The notes: generated from the letters alone by a model not told the origin. Numbered from the stretch's first letter, positions 26,001 through 38,500 are shown. The stretch: 64,000 bases of DNA from an uncultured Verrucomicrobiae bacterium (GCA_963769025.1 CAVYKI010000012.1:320001-384000); one strand, 5' to 3'. Made by a program: numbers and translations.

Positions 26001-28537
26001 CGACCGTGCCGCCAGGAATAATCGTGCCGCCCTGATAGGAGTTGGTGGTCGAGAGGGTGAGGGTGCCGAGACCGGTCGTTGCACTGCCCGGGTCCGTGGT
26101 CAGACTCCCCACGCCGGAGATCGCGCCCGAGATCGTGCCGCTGCGTGGCGTGGCGTACGCATACCAGTCGCGCAACCCGATAGTGGCATTCGCGTTGAGG
26201 GTGATGGGACCCGAGAAGACGCCCGCGTTGCCGTTTTCAAAGCTGAGCACGCTCTTGGTTCCGCCGCTCACGGTGATCGCGTTCGGAATGCTCACCGCAG
26301 TGGTCCCTTGGACGATCAGTTCGCCCTGGTTGCCGATGTTGAACGTCGCACCAGCCGCGACCGCGCTGGTCAGTCTGGTACTCGACGCTGCCGCCCGCAT
26401 TGATGGTGATCGCGCCGCTGTAAGATTGCGTTCCCGTATTGAAGCGCAGATTCCCGGAGTTTGTGACCAGCGTGCCGCCGCTGGCCACCGTCAGGGGACC
26501 GCTGCCGATCAGAGTGTTGGCAGTGCTGAAAATAAGCTGCCCGCCGGCTACATTGATCGAGCCGCCGCTGGCGCCCACGGTGATCACGTGGGTATTGGTG
26601 AAGCCAGCAGTGGTCCTGAGCCGCTGTGGCGCCGTTCAAGCTGACGCCGGTGGCCGCGGCCCCGAGGTTGGCATCCGCGCCGATGGAGAGGGTGCCACCC
26701 GTGATCGAGGTGGTGCCCGTGTAGAGGTTCGTGCCGGAGAGGACGAGAGTGCCGCTGCTCACGTTGACGGCATTGACCGTGGCGGCGATAGCGCCCGTGA
26801 TCGTGGCCAGTCCGGCGCCGCTGTTGGCGTTGGTGATCGAGCCGGTGGTCGCGATGGCCCCGACGCTGATGCCGTTGCCGACGATCGTGTTGTTGAAGGT
26901 CAGGTTCGCCACGGCCGCGGAGACACCGCCCGTCAGGGTTACCAGGCCCGCGCCGGTGCTGTTGATGAATCCGAACTGGGTCGGAGTGAGCGCGGTGGTG
27001 ATGGTGAGGGGCGAGGTCCCGGTCTGATTGAGCGCCGTAACATTCGCGCCAACGGTGGCGATGGTGGTCGTGCCCGCGCCCGCGCCGCTGTTGGTGATGG
27101 TGCCCCCGTTATTCACCGCAACCGTGCTGAACGTGGTGCCGCCGGCAGCCACATTGTTGATGGTCAGATTGAACGCGCCGGTGACGCCGCCGCTGAGCGT
27201 GAGCGTGCCGGCTGCCGCCGCGCCAACGGTGGCATTGCCACCCAGAACGATCGCCCCGCCATAGCTGGCCGCGGTCGCGGAGCTGTTCGTAATCGCGCCC
27301 CTCGGCAAGGCCGTGAGACCCGTGCCCGCGATGTTCAGCACGTCGGTGTCGGTGACGACGAGGCCGTTCATGTCGATGGCGGCGCCGGACTGGATGGTGG
27401 TCCCCGCCGTGTTCGCGCCCAGTCCACCCGAAACGCCGCTGAGCTGCAGGGTTCCCGCCGCGACGGTGATCGTCCCGCCAAAGTTGAACTGCTGCCGCAG
27501 GATGAGTGTTCCCGTGCCCGTCTTGGTCAGCGCACCGCTGCCCTGGAGCTGCTGGGCGGTCAGGCCGGTGCCGGTGACCCCGGTGGTGCCATCGTCCACG
27601 GTAAATGTGCGGCCCGCATCCACATCAAAGGTGCCGCCTCCCGCCCCGATGTTGAACACCTGGCCAGCCGAAAGATTGGTCGCGGTCGGGACGTTGACGT
27701 TGTAATCGACAGCGGTGACGCGGAAAATTCCGCCATTGGTCAGCAGAATCTGCTTGTCGCCGTGGTGGAACCCCGGCCCAGCTGCGAGACAGTGGTGGCC
27801 GAGCCCTGGGTGTAAACGAGCGTGCCGCCATTGATGGCGATATCGCCGGTGAAAGTGTTGCCCGTGTTCGTCAGCGACACGACCGTGCCACTGGCAGCGC
27901 CGGTGCCGATGGTCAACCCCACCGTTCCTGTCGCCACCGTCCCCGAGATCAGCCCGCTGATCGTCGTCGCACCCGTGCCCGCGATAATCAGCGGATTGGC
28001 GCCAAGCGTCAGCGCATTCACGACGGTGAAAAGACTCGCCGAGTTATTCGTCCATGTCTGCGTGCCCCCCAGCGTGATCGCCGTGCCATTGGTCGCGTTT
28101 CCGATGGTCACCGCACCGGCACCGCCATTGATCGTGATGCCACCGGTCCCGAGCGTGAGGGCGCGCGTGGTGGTGGTGTCGCTCTGCAGGGTCGTCCCGC
28201 CCGTGTTGTTGAAGGTGATGCCGGCAATGGCGGTGGCGGCGTTCAAACTGATCGTCTCCAGGCCGTTGACGGTGGATTGATTGAAAACCACCGAATCCGC
28301 CGCCAAGGGAACCACGCCAGTGGTGCCACCGGTGTCCGGATCGTCAGACCAATTCGCACCCACCTGCCATGTGCCGGAGGCCGTGTTCCAGTAATACGAA
28401 ACGGCACCTGCCTTCGGAGTCGAGAACAGCGAGGCCGCGAGGAGCGCGATCGAGCCGGCGAGGATGCGGGAGCGACTGCCGGGATGTGCCTTGCAGGAAG
28501 TTTTGCGGCGGAGGAGGATGAGGCGGTTCATTTTCAT
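8016..28537 (-). CDS. Giant surface protein B (~6,800 aa if indels are corrected): signal peptide, passenger-associated beta-helix repeats, PA14-like domain, small inserted modules, PEP-CTERM; many frameshifts
   Basis: Only one N-terminal signal (MKMNRLILLRRK...ILAGSIALLAASLFSTPKAGA, 28537) and one C-terminal anchor (YEIVPVPEPATTALIGAVALCALIGYRERRR, 8016). Consecutive ORF pieces (27740-28537, 26370-27659, 24580-26400, 23126-24106, 22141-22890, 21390-22340, 19853-20443, 17204-19744, 15060-17213, 8600-15163, 8140-8751) all have the same repeat composition and join by frame switches. At ~8146 the paralogue C reads FGSQYEI, and an extra T here breaks it. Confidence 0.8.
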
Positions 28538-28689
28538 GGCTTGGGAGAGTGAGGACTGAAGGATTCTGAAACTAGCGGGTCGGAAGGGTGCGATGCGTGT
28601 CGATGCGAAGAGTCAATTCCAGCACGAGTGCACGACAGAACGTCGCGCTAGCACTGCACCGAGGTGGCTCGCCGGTGGGGGAAACCGGG

Positions 28690-28942
28690 AATTGGAGACG
28701 AATGAGTGATAATAACCTAGGGAGGGGGAAATGCGTTAATGAGTCGGAAAACGGTTAAGGAAAGCATGTCACCGTGGCTATTGGCAAGCGATTTGACGTG
28801 AAAACTACATTCTTTGTGTGGCGAAAACCACTACTCAGCCCATCCTCCCCTGATTCACATCAGATGAATCACAAATGACGATTTTGAAGGGTTCAGAATT
28901 TATCCATAAGTCACTTATGTAGAGTGTGTTATTTTAAGACCG
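28690..28942. promoter_or_regulatory. AT-rich leader/regulatory region between the start of gene B and the mini-array, with two palindromes
   Basis: Clearly lower GC than the flanking genes. TGATTCA-N7-TGAATCA at 28851-28871 and CATAAG-TCA-CTTATG at 28905-28919, just before the first repeat. Confidence 0.5.
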
Positions 28943-29110
28943 GTGGATCACGGGTCCGTTCGCAGTGATTTCGACGGCAGAACTGAAAGCGGATACAGTT
29001 TCGCCTCAGTGGATCACGGGTCCGTTCGCAGTGATTTCGACGGTTGGCGATCCGTGCGCGGGTGGCGCGGTTCAATGGATCACGGGTCCGTTCGCAGTGA
29101 TTTCGACGGT
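28943..29110. CRISPR. Orphan CRISPR-like mini-array: 3 direct repeats (36 bp) and 2 unique spacers (30 bp); no cas genes in the window
   Basis: Repeat consensus GTGGATCACGGGTCCGTTCGCAGTGATTTCGACGGT at 28943-28978, 29009-29044 and 29075-29110. The 34-bp core is identical in all three, the period is exactly 66 bp, and there is an internal stem ATCAC...GTGAT. Spacers: AGAACTGAAAGCGGATACAGTTTCGCCTCA (28979-29008) and TGGCGATCCGTGCGCGGGTGGCGCGGTTCA (29045-29074). Confidence 0.65.
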
Positions 29111-29463
29111 GGAAGCTGCCAGCCTACCACACACCCCTCGCTGCGTTTGGAATCGGAACCGAGCGCGGTAAAAAAGTGCACCGGACATCGCCGACATACG
29201 ACAGTTTCCACCGCCGCGCATGGTGTATTTTGAGCTTGGTGCGCACATAAAACGCCCGCTCGACCACGCATCCGCGGAGTGCGCGCCACCACCAAACCAC
29301 CCAGGAGTCCACTACGGATGCGGGTTCCGCAGGCATGGCACTCAGAAAATCTCGCATCCACGCAACGACTCCGGCATCCCCGCCCACCTCACGCCATTTC
29401 AAAAGAAGCCGTTGCGAGATGTCGATGATAATACTTTGATGAGCCTTCGCCGCACCGCTCCTC

Positions 29464-29500
29464 GAAAAGTCACGCGAGCCGCTGCGTGCGGAGGACTTTC
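29464..29500 (-). terminator. Possible intrinsic terminator after gene C
   Basis: Minus strand GAAAGTC-ctccg-CACGC-agcggctc-GCGTG-ACTTTTC: hairpin followed by a short U-run, about 10 nt after the stop codon at 29509. Confidence 0.35.
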
Positions 29501-29508
29501 GCCGCCAA

Positions 29509-32500
29509 TTACTTGCGGGCGAATCGCGCGCGTGTACCGGTGAAGCGGCGGCGCTCGCGGTAGCCGATGAGCGCGCACAGAGCGACCACACCGATGAGCG
29601 CCGTCGTCGCAGGTTCCGGCACCGGCACGATCTCGTACTGGCTGCCGAAGCTGACTTCCGCGGCGCCAAATCCGATCTGCGTCATGCCGCTGTCCGAGAA
29701 GAATGTGATGTTCGCGAGCTGCCCGGCGTTGAACCCGCTGCCCGTGCCGTTGAACAGGAACCGATCCTGGCCATCGCCGAGGCTGCCGGTGTCATTGGCG
29801 AAGCTGCCGACCGGGTAGCTGCCCGCGGTCCAGTTCCAGATTGCCAGCGTGCCGCTGGCAAAGGTCGCATTCTGCGCGAAGACCAGCGCGTTGCCCACCG
29901 TCCCGGTTCCGAAGTCCAGCGTCGAGGCACCGCTCAGTGTCAGCGCGCCGAAGGTCTGCGTCTTCGTCGTGTCGTTGGAGACGGTGGAACCAACCGCGAG
30001 CGTGCCGCCGGCGAGATTCATCGTCGCCGTGGTGTTCACGACGTTGCTTGCATTGTTGTTCATCACCAGCGTGCCGCCACTGTTCACCGAGACGCCGGTC
30101 GTGCCGCTCAGGCTGCCGCCGGTCGCCAGTTCGAGCGTGCCGGTGGAGGTCACCACGGTCGCGCCGTTATACGTGTTGTTGTTGCTCACCGTGGTAGTGC
30201 CGCCGCTGATGGTAAGGTCGGAGTTCGGATTCGATCCGACGATCGCGCCGGTCACGGCGATTCCATTCGCACCGCCAGCCAGCGTGAGCACGGTGCCGTT
30301 CTTGGTGAGGGTTCCGGCGAGCGTCAGCTTGCCTGTGCCGCTGTTTTGGACGGTGTCATTGCCGTTGCCGAGTGCGGTGATGTTCTTGTCGAGTGTGCCC
30401 GCGCCGCCGGTGTAGTTCAGCGTCCCGGAGGAGGTCGATGCGACGCCGAGCGTGACGGCATTGGCGCCGGTGTTCATGCCGAGCGACTGCGAAGTCGCAC
30501 CGGCTGCCACGGTGTCGATGTTCACCGTGCCGGCGTTGATGTTTGTCGCGCCGGTGTAGCTGTTGACGCCGGTGAGCGTCAGCGTGCCGCCGGTAGTCTT
30601 GACCAAGTTTGCGCCACCGTTGAATTCGTTCAGGTTCGCCAGCGTGCCCTGCCGCAGATTGAAATTGATCGGCGTGCCGGTGGATCCGATCTTGTTGCCG
30701 CCCATGTCGAGCGCGGCGGTGGCACCGTCGAGCGTGACGTTGGCGGTCGTGCGCGTGACGGTGGACCGGATGATGTCTCCCGCGAGCGTGGTGGAACCGC
30801 CGGTGATGTTCAGATTGTCGGTCGTGGTGACCACGCCGGTCGCCGCAGTGAGGTTGCCGAGCCGGATGGAGAAGACGCCCGTGGTGCCGATGTTCACCGT
30901 GCCTCCGGAGATGTTCAGGTTGCCGATGATCGTTCTCGCTCCCCCTGAGGTGTCCGTCACCGTTCCCATGCTCACGCCACTGGCACCAATGGTGACCGAG
31001 CCGCCGCCGATGGTCACGCTGGAAGTGGTGACGGGGCTGACGGTCGCGGTGGTGCCGAGCGAGGCATTCCCGATGACCATTCCGGTGGCGACCAGGATGC
31101 CGGTGTCAAATTTGAAGTCGTTGTTGATCGTGAAATTGCGCCCGCCGCCGCCGACGGTCAGGGTGCTGATGAGCAGGTCGGCGTAGCGCCCGGTAAAGTC
31201 CACGAGGTTATGTTGCCCCGCCGTACCGGTTCCGGTATTCGCCCCCGTGCCGACATTGACGCCGACCGCACCGGTCCCGTTGAGGGCGCGGAGGGTGATC
31301 GCGCCGTTGGTGGCAGCCGGGTTGAAAATCATCACTCCAAGGTCACGGGTGCCGCTTGCGACGTTCAGCGTGTTCACGTTCAGCGTGGTCAGACCGGAGC
31401 CGAGCTGAACCGTGTTCGCCGTGCCGCCGGAGCTGAAACCGGGACTGTCGCCCACGTTGAAATTGGTCGCGGTGATGGTGGTGACCGGAGTGGTCGCCGT
31501 CACCCCTGTCGGGATGGGCAGCAGGAAGGTGGCGACGTTCGCGGTCACGTTGGTCGCGTCGTTGTTATTCACGCGGAGCGTGCCGCTCCCGAGGCTGATC
31601 GTCGTCGTCGCCAGACCGGTCAGGTCGAGCGTGGCGGCGTTGCCCACCGAGCCGGTGGCACCGCCGATCTGGAGGGTTCCAGCCGCGGCGCTGACATTGA
31701 ACGCGCCGACGCCCGGGGTCGCCCCGGTGATGGTCAATTTGGTCGTGGCGGTGCTCGACGGGTTGAAGCCGACGGTCACGTTGCCATTCACGGCCAGGGC
31801 CTTGCCGCTTCCGACGATGATGGTGTTGGCGGTGGCGCTGCTGGTCTGCACGAGCAGCGTGCCGCCAAAGGTGGCGTTCGACGGTGTCGTGCCGAGGTCG
31901 AGCGTGCCCGTAATGGTCGATGCGGCCGCGGCACCGAAGGTCAGCCCGCCGGAGAGCGTCTGGTCCGCCCCGAACCGGAGGGTGCCCTGGCCGATGATGG
32001 TCGCGCCGGTGTAGGTGTTCGCCCCGCTCACCGTCATGATGCCGGTGCCGCTCTTGGTGATGCTCCCGGTGATGCCCGTGTAGTTGTTGATTGGCGTCGT
32101 GATGTTCAGGTCCGAAACCGGAGCCATGACGCCGATGGTGACATTGAAGATTTGCGAGGTGGCGTTCTGAATGGCGATGCCGCCGGCGGGATTGATCACC
32201 GCCGGATTGCCTGCGGCATCGGAGGTCGCGATCACCGCCGTGAATGGCGTCGCGTTGCTCAGCGAGTATGTCCCGCCGTTGTTGCCGGTCGAGGTGCCGC
32301 CCAGCGTGCCGCCGGTCATCGTCACGGGATTGGCCAGCGTGACACGGCTGCCGCTTCCGTCGTTGGTCACCGTGCCGCCATTGATGATCAGCGCGGCCGT
32401 GCCCGCAGTGTAGCCGAGCAGATCGTTCACCGAGCTCTGGAGGAGGAGCGTGCCGCCGCTGTTGACGGTGATGCTCGGCGTCCCCGCCAGGGCACCGAAA

Positions 32501-35500
32501 GCCGAGGCTGTCGCCGTGGAGGAGAGCCTCAAGGTGCCGGCGTTGATGACCGTCGCGCCCGAGTAGGTATTCGTGCCAGGGGCGCTGGTGATGTTGAGCG
32601 TCCCCGTGGTGCTGCCGCCCACGAGACCGACCGTCAGCGTGCCGCCCGCGCTGATGAGCGGCGTGGCGAGGAGGACCGTCTGGCCGTTCGGATCGAGCCA
32701 GAGATCCTGCCCCGCAGCAGTGCTGAACCGCGCGGAATAGTCGTTCGTATTCGCCGCGCTGGACTGGAGCGTGCCGCCAGTGAAGGTGAGCACGCCACCA
32801 TTGCCAAGGGGACCGGTGCCCGCGCCTTCGGCGACGCCGACATTCACGATGCCGCCGTTGATGACTGTGGCGCCGGTGTAAGTGTTTTGCCCGAGGAGGG
32901 TGAGGGTTCCCGTCCCGGTCTTGTTCAGGTTCGTGGCACCGGCGATGCCGATGGTGCCGCTTGCATTCTGGAAGGTGTAGGGGACGGCGCTGGAATTGTT
33001 CACCGTCACAGCGCTGGGATTCACGCCTGCACCGTCGATGATCACCGTGCCGTTGGTCACGTTGGCAGACGTGATCGTATTCGTGTCCTGGAAGATGACA
33101 GCCGAGCCTTCGCTATAGTCGCTGGCTGCCGGTGCCGGGGTCGCGAAGTTGTTGTGCCCGGCCGGGGTGGCGATCCAGACCGAGTTGGCAGCGCCCGTGC
33201 CATTGGTCTGGCCGGTCCACGTCACAAAACCGACCCCGGTGCCGACGACGATCTGCTCGATCCCCGACACGCTGGTGAGGGTCAACGGATAGCTGAGCGC
33301 GCCCACCGTGATGGAGCGGGTGTCCGTTCCATTGCCGAACTTGAACAGCGTGTTGCCTGCGGGGATGCCGGGGGCGGTGATGATGCTGTACGTCCCCGGG
33401 GTCAGGGACGTCCCCAAGGCCGTGATGGTGATGGTGTTCGTGCCGGAGATGACGGAAGCGACCGTGCCACCGCTGAAGATGATTTGATCGACGCCTGCAC
33501 TGCTCAGCTCAAAGTTGAAGTTCGCGGTGGCCAGCGTCAGCGCGGCGGTGGCGAAGGAGGCGTTCTGGACCACGTTGAACGTGCCGATCGCACCGTCCAC
33601 CATGTTCACGGTGCCATTGGCGGCGACATTCAACGATGCGCCCATGCCGGCCGTGGCTCCGTTGCCAGCGGTGTAGGCGCCCGCGCCGGGCAGCACGGCA
33701 AGTGTGCCGTTTGCCGCGATGGAGATCGCCGTGTTGTCGAGGCTGCCGCCGGTGAGCGCGAGCGTGCCCTGGGTGAGCGTCGTCGGGCCGCCGTAGGTGT
33801 GGTTGCCCGAGAAGGTCTGGACCGCCGTCGGGCTGGCCAGATTCAGCGTCACGCCGGTCGCCAGCGTCGTGGAAGGCGCCGGCTGCTGGATGCTGCCGCT
33901 GAAGGCATTCCCGCCTGCCCCGGTGATGGTGACGGTGCGCAGGGCGCTCGCGCCGGTGTTCAGGATGGTGCCGCCGCCGGCGAGGCCACCGAAGGAGTAG
34001 TTGCCGACGTTGTTGATGTCGAGGGTCGCGCCCGAGCCGACCGTCCATAGCCCGCCGTAGGCCGCGGCAGTGGTGATAAACCGCACCCGGGTTCCCGCGC
34101 CCGTGATGTTGGCGTTGCCAGTGAAGGTCGCATTGAATGCGGCCTGGAACGTGTTGCCGCCGATGACGTTCAAGGTGCCGGGGCTGGCCGTATTGCCGAT
34201 CGCCGAGGAAGAAGTGATGTCGCCCCCAGCCGTATCAATCGTGCCACCGCCGGCCTGGACGTTGATATTGAGCAGAGTGCTGATCGTGATCGGAGCCGCG
34301 GACCTGAGCGTGCCGCCGTTAAAGCTCAGCGCGTTGACGGTCGAGTTCGTGCTCGTGAGGTTGCCATTCGCGAGCAAGGTCCCGCCGAGAAGGTTGAGCA
34401 CACCGCCCGTGGCGCCTGCCCATGTGAGCGTCCCGGCATTCACGGTGCCCGAGGAATTGACGTTCACGATCCCATTGCCACCCGAAGTGAAGGTGATGGG
34501 CGAGGCGAGCGTGTTCGTGCCGGTGATGTTGAGCGTGCCGGCGCTGATGGTCGTGAGCCCGCTGTACGCGTTCGCGCCGCCGAGCGTCCATGCTCCGATG
34601 CCGGCCTTCGTCACGCCGGTCAGCGCGCCGATGCCGGTGTTGCTGTCCACGATGCTGCCGTTGATGGCGTTCGCGCCGGACGCGGCGAGCGCCGTCAACG
34701 TGAGCACCTGGGTGCTCGCCGCGGCGTTCGCGCCGGTCATGCTGCCGGAGATGATGAGCGCACCGGTGGCGCCGGTGGTGTCGATCCCGCCGCCTGCAGC
34801 CGTGGCTGCGTTGCCAAAGGTGAAATTGCGATCGGTCGTCTCCCCCGCGCCCGTGTATCCCAAGGTGCCGCCACTCAAGACCAGATTGGCCGCCGCATTG
34901 GACGAGGCTCCGAGGCGGCTCGGCGTTCCGCCCGCACCCGCGATGCCGATCGCGGACACCGAGAGGATGCCGCCGTTGATGGTGGTCGGCCCGGTGTAGG
35001 AGTTGCCCGCGTTGGCCAGGATCCAGGCGGCGGTTCCATTCTTGGTCACGCTCACCTGGCCGACCGCCGCGTCTCCAATCAGCGGGGCAAACGTGTCCAT
35101 AAGCACGTTGGTTCCCGCGCGGGCACCGGCGAACGCCAGGGTGCGCGCACCGCTGCCCGTGTAGGCAATGGCTGCGGAGTTTGCGAATGTCAGCACATTG
35201 GCCGCCGTGGTGTTGTCGCTGGAAAGGGTGCTCCCGTTTTCCGTGACGGTGAGCAGCCGATCCGTCGTCACCGCGCCGGACGTGTTGAGGACACTGTAGG
35301 TGCCCCCATCCAAAACGAGCGAGGCCGCGTTGGTCGCATTGGATGTCGGATCGCCGGTGCCGATGCTGCTGTTGGCGCCGATATTCGCGAGCGAGCCCAA
35401 ACCGCTGGAAACAAGGACGCCGCCCGAAATGATCACCGGCCCTCCGAAGCTGCTGTTGGCGTTCGAGAGCGTCAGGTTTCCTGCGCCCAGCTTGGTGAGG

Positions 35501-38500
35501 CCGCCGGTGTTGGTATTGGCGACCAGCGAGCCGACGGAGACCGAGGCGCCAGTGCCGCCACCGCCGCTCAGGTTGACAGTGGGGGCGACCGTGTATTCGC
35601 CGGGTGCGGTGATGACGATGCCCGTCACCGCGCCGCCGCTGATGAGCGCGTAGCCCGATGCCGGCACACCGCCGGCGGCGAGCGTCCCGCCCGTGAAGGT
35701 CACTGCCGGCGCGCCGACATATCCGGTGCCGCCGGTGACGGTCAGATTGGCTGCGTAAACGCCCGATCCGGCCACTCCATTCATCGGCTGGGTGATGGTG
35801 CTGTTAAAGCCGTTGCTGTCGAACTTCAGTCCGCCGGTGAAGTTCTGCGAGCTGTCACCCGTCGCAGCCGCGTTGTTGATCGCTCCAAAGATCTTCGCGA
35901 TCGTCGTGGTGTTGGTGGCGTTGCCCGGCAAAAGCGCCGTCACCGCACCCGTGGTCATGATGGTGCCGCCCGCCGCGTTGATGTAGGCAAACGCGCCGTT
36001 GGTTCCGGTATTGCTGGTAACCGTGAATGCAGTGTTGGTCTGGTAGGTCCCGGCGGCGAAGTTGACGATGCCGACGTTGCCGCTGCTGTTGCCGCTATTG
36101 CCAAACTGAATCCCCCTCCCGGCCGTCGTGGTCAGCAGCCCTCCGGTCACGTTCAGGATGCCGGTCGCCCCGGCGGTCGTCCAATACATGACCAGCGGAT
36201 TGGCCGTGCCATTGCGGTTGAATGTCCCGCCGGGCCCGACGGTGACCTGGCCGATGTTATTGAGGTTGTTGTAGGCGATCAGGAAATATTCCGCGTTCGA
36301 GATCAGAGTGCCGCCGCTGCCGACATACACGACGCCGACCGTGCCCGGATTCGTGGTGGTGCCCGAAGTGGCGACCGTCATGCGCCCGACCGCGTTGTTG
36401 AACGTGCCGCCGGTGATGTTGAAGTAGCCGTATCCGCCGTTGCCTGCCACGAAGTTGGTGTTGTTGGCCGTCTGCGTGGTCGTCGTGGTCACCGTGCCGC
36501 CGGTCTGGTTATAGACCGACACGGAGCCGGGATTGTTCGCGCCTTGATAGGCGTAATAGGTATTGATGTCGCCGCCGACGTTGACGACTGCGGTCTGGTT
36601 GGCGCCGTTGGTGACGATGAGCAGGGATCCGGCGTTGGTCACGCCGTTGCCGGTCAGCGAGCCGGTGAGGTTCAGCGTTCCGTCCACGACGGTCGTGTTC
36701 CCGGTGTAGGTGTTCGCTCCACTCAGGGTCAGCGCTCCCGGGCCGACCTTGATCAGTGCGCCCGTCGTGGCGGCCCCTGTGGCACCGGCCAGCGAGAGGC
36801 TGCCTGCAGCGTTGATGTCGAATGTCGCGGTGACGCCGGTGTTGATGGTGAAGGCGCGGTTGCTGGTGGAAATCGCACCCGTGTAGGACAGCGTGCTGTT
36901 GCCGGAGAACACCAGATTTGTCGCCGCGGAGGATGACTGGCCGAGCGTGCCGGGCGCACCGCCGTTGGTGAGGGTGGGCACGCTCAGCGTGGCGCCGGCA
37001 TTGATGGTCGTGATGCCGCCGTAGGTGTTGGCGCCGTTGGTGAGGGCGGTGGTTCCCGTTCCGGCGATCGTCAGGTTGAAATTGCTGCCGCCATCGCTGA
37101 CGACGCCGCTGATCGTGAGGGCGTTGGTGGAATTGTTCGTCCACGCCTGGTTGCCGCCGAGGATGACATTCGCGCTGATCAGGTCGGCCCCGGAACCGGC
37201 CTGGACGGCGATGCCGTTGCCGGCAGCGTTGCCGTTGAGCGCGGCCGCGTTGATCGTGAGGGCATTCGTGCCGGCGCCCGAGGCGACGGTCGAACCGGCG
37301 CTGTTGGCGGTGCCGGCGCCGGAAAACGTGAGGCTGTTAATCGTGAATGCCTGATTGAGCGCCGTGAGCAGGTTCATGCCGTTGTTCGCCGTCAGGATGA
37401 CGTTCGTGTTGGAGGCTGGCACGGCAAACGTGTCCGCCGTGCCGGCCGCCGTGGAGGCCCAGTTCGTCGGGACTCCGCCTGCCGAGCCGGTTGCCCAACT
37501 GGTTCCCAGCGCCCCGGTCCAGTAGGCAGTATTCGGTGCGGCAGCAGCTCCGCCGGTGGCCACGGTGAGCACCTCCGTGCCGGTCGTGCCGCTGAGGGAC
37601 AGATTGTAGAGCACACCGCCCACGAACAAGTTGGGCGACGCGAGGAAGAAGTGCGCCGGATTCAGCGTGCTTAAGCCAGCCGTGGCATTGATCAAAGTGT
37701 AGTTTCCGGGCGTCAGGAAGCCTGCGCCAGTCGCGGGATTGATCGCAATTGCATTCGCCCCGCTCGATGTCGCCTGGCCACTGCCCGGGATGTTGTTCAG
37801 GCGCACGTCGATCTGGTCCGCTGCCGTCTGGCCGATATCGAACGTGAGCGACCCGCCGTTAAACGTCGCCGCATTTCCGGCAAAGGTGGTGTGCTGGATG
37901 AGGACGAACGGGTTCACCGATCCGTCGGCAAGATTCAGCGTGCCGCCGGCGTTCAAGGTCACCCTCGCCCCAGCCGCTGCCGTTCCCGCATTTCCTGCAA
38001 AATAGCCCGAGGTCCCGGCGAGTGGCGACAGGGTGCCGCCGTTGTTGATGACGATGCCCGTATTGCCAAGGACACCGGAGCCCGCACCCTGTGAGAGGAT
38101 CAGGTTGCCGGCATTCACGTTGGTGGCACCGGTGTAGGTGTTGATGCCGGAGAGCGTCCACGTGCCCGTGCCATTCTTGGTCAAGGTCGTGGTGTTGGTC
38201 GTGGAGTTTTGGGTGATCGCACCTCCGATTTCACCGGTCCCGGAAGTCGAGCCTGTCAAAATGAAGGTCTTCGCACCCGCGCCGGGGGTCGCGAAGTTGC
38301 TGCTGAATTTCAGGAGCCCGCCTCCCGATTGGTCAATGGTAGCGCCACTCGTCGTGCCATTCAGGCTGATGATGCGATCCGTCGTCTCGCCCGGGCCGAC
38401 GTATTTCAGGATGCCGTTTGAATTCAGGAGGATCGTTCCATTGCCGGCCGTGACCGGTGCTCCCAAGCTGCTGCTCGCCGTGCCGCCGGTGACGCTGTTG

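Noticed and set aside
8016..28537. Gene B as 10 or more separate genes, or as a phase-variable gene
   Set aside because: Only one signal peptide and one anchor, fragments abut by frame switches, and the breaks are not at long homopolymer or SSR tracts.
28979..29074. Self-targeting of the spacers within the window (partial likeness at ~9573-9588, ~28553-28578, ~43525-43533)
   Set aside because: Only short or gapped matches of about 8-10 nt, as expected by chance in 64 kb of GC-rich DNA. A proper search is needed.
29170..29190. AAAAAAGTGCACCG resembling the SpCas9 tracrRNA 3' region
   Set aside because: Short similarity, no matching hairpin partner and no clear anti-repeat.
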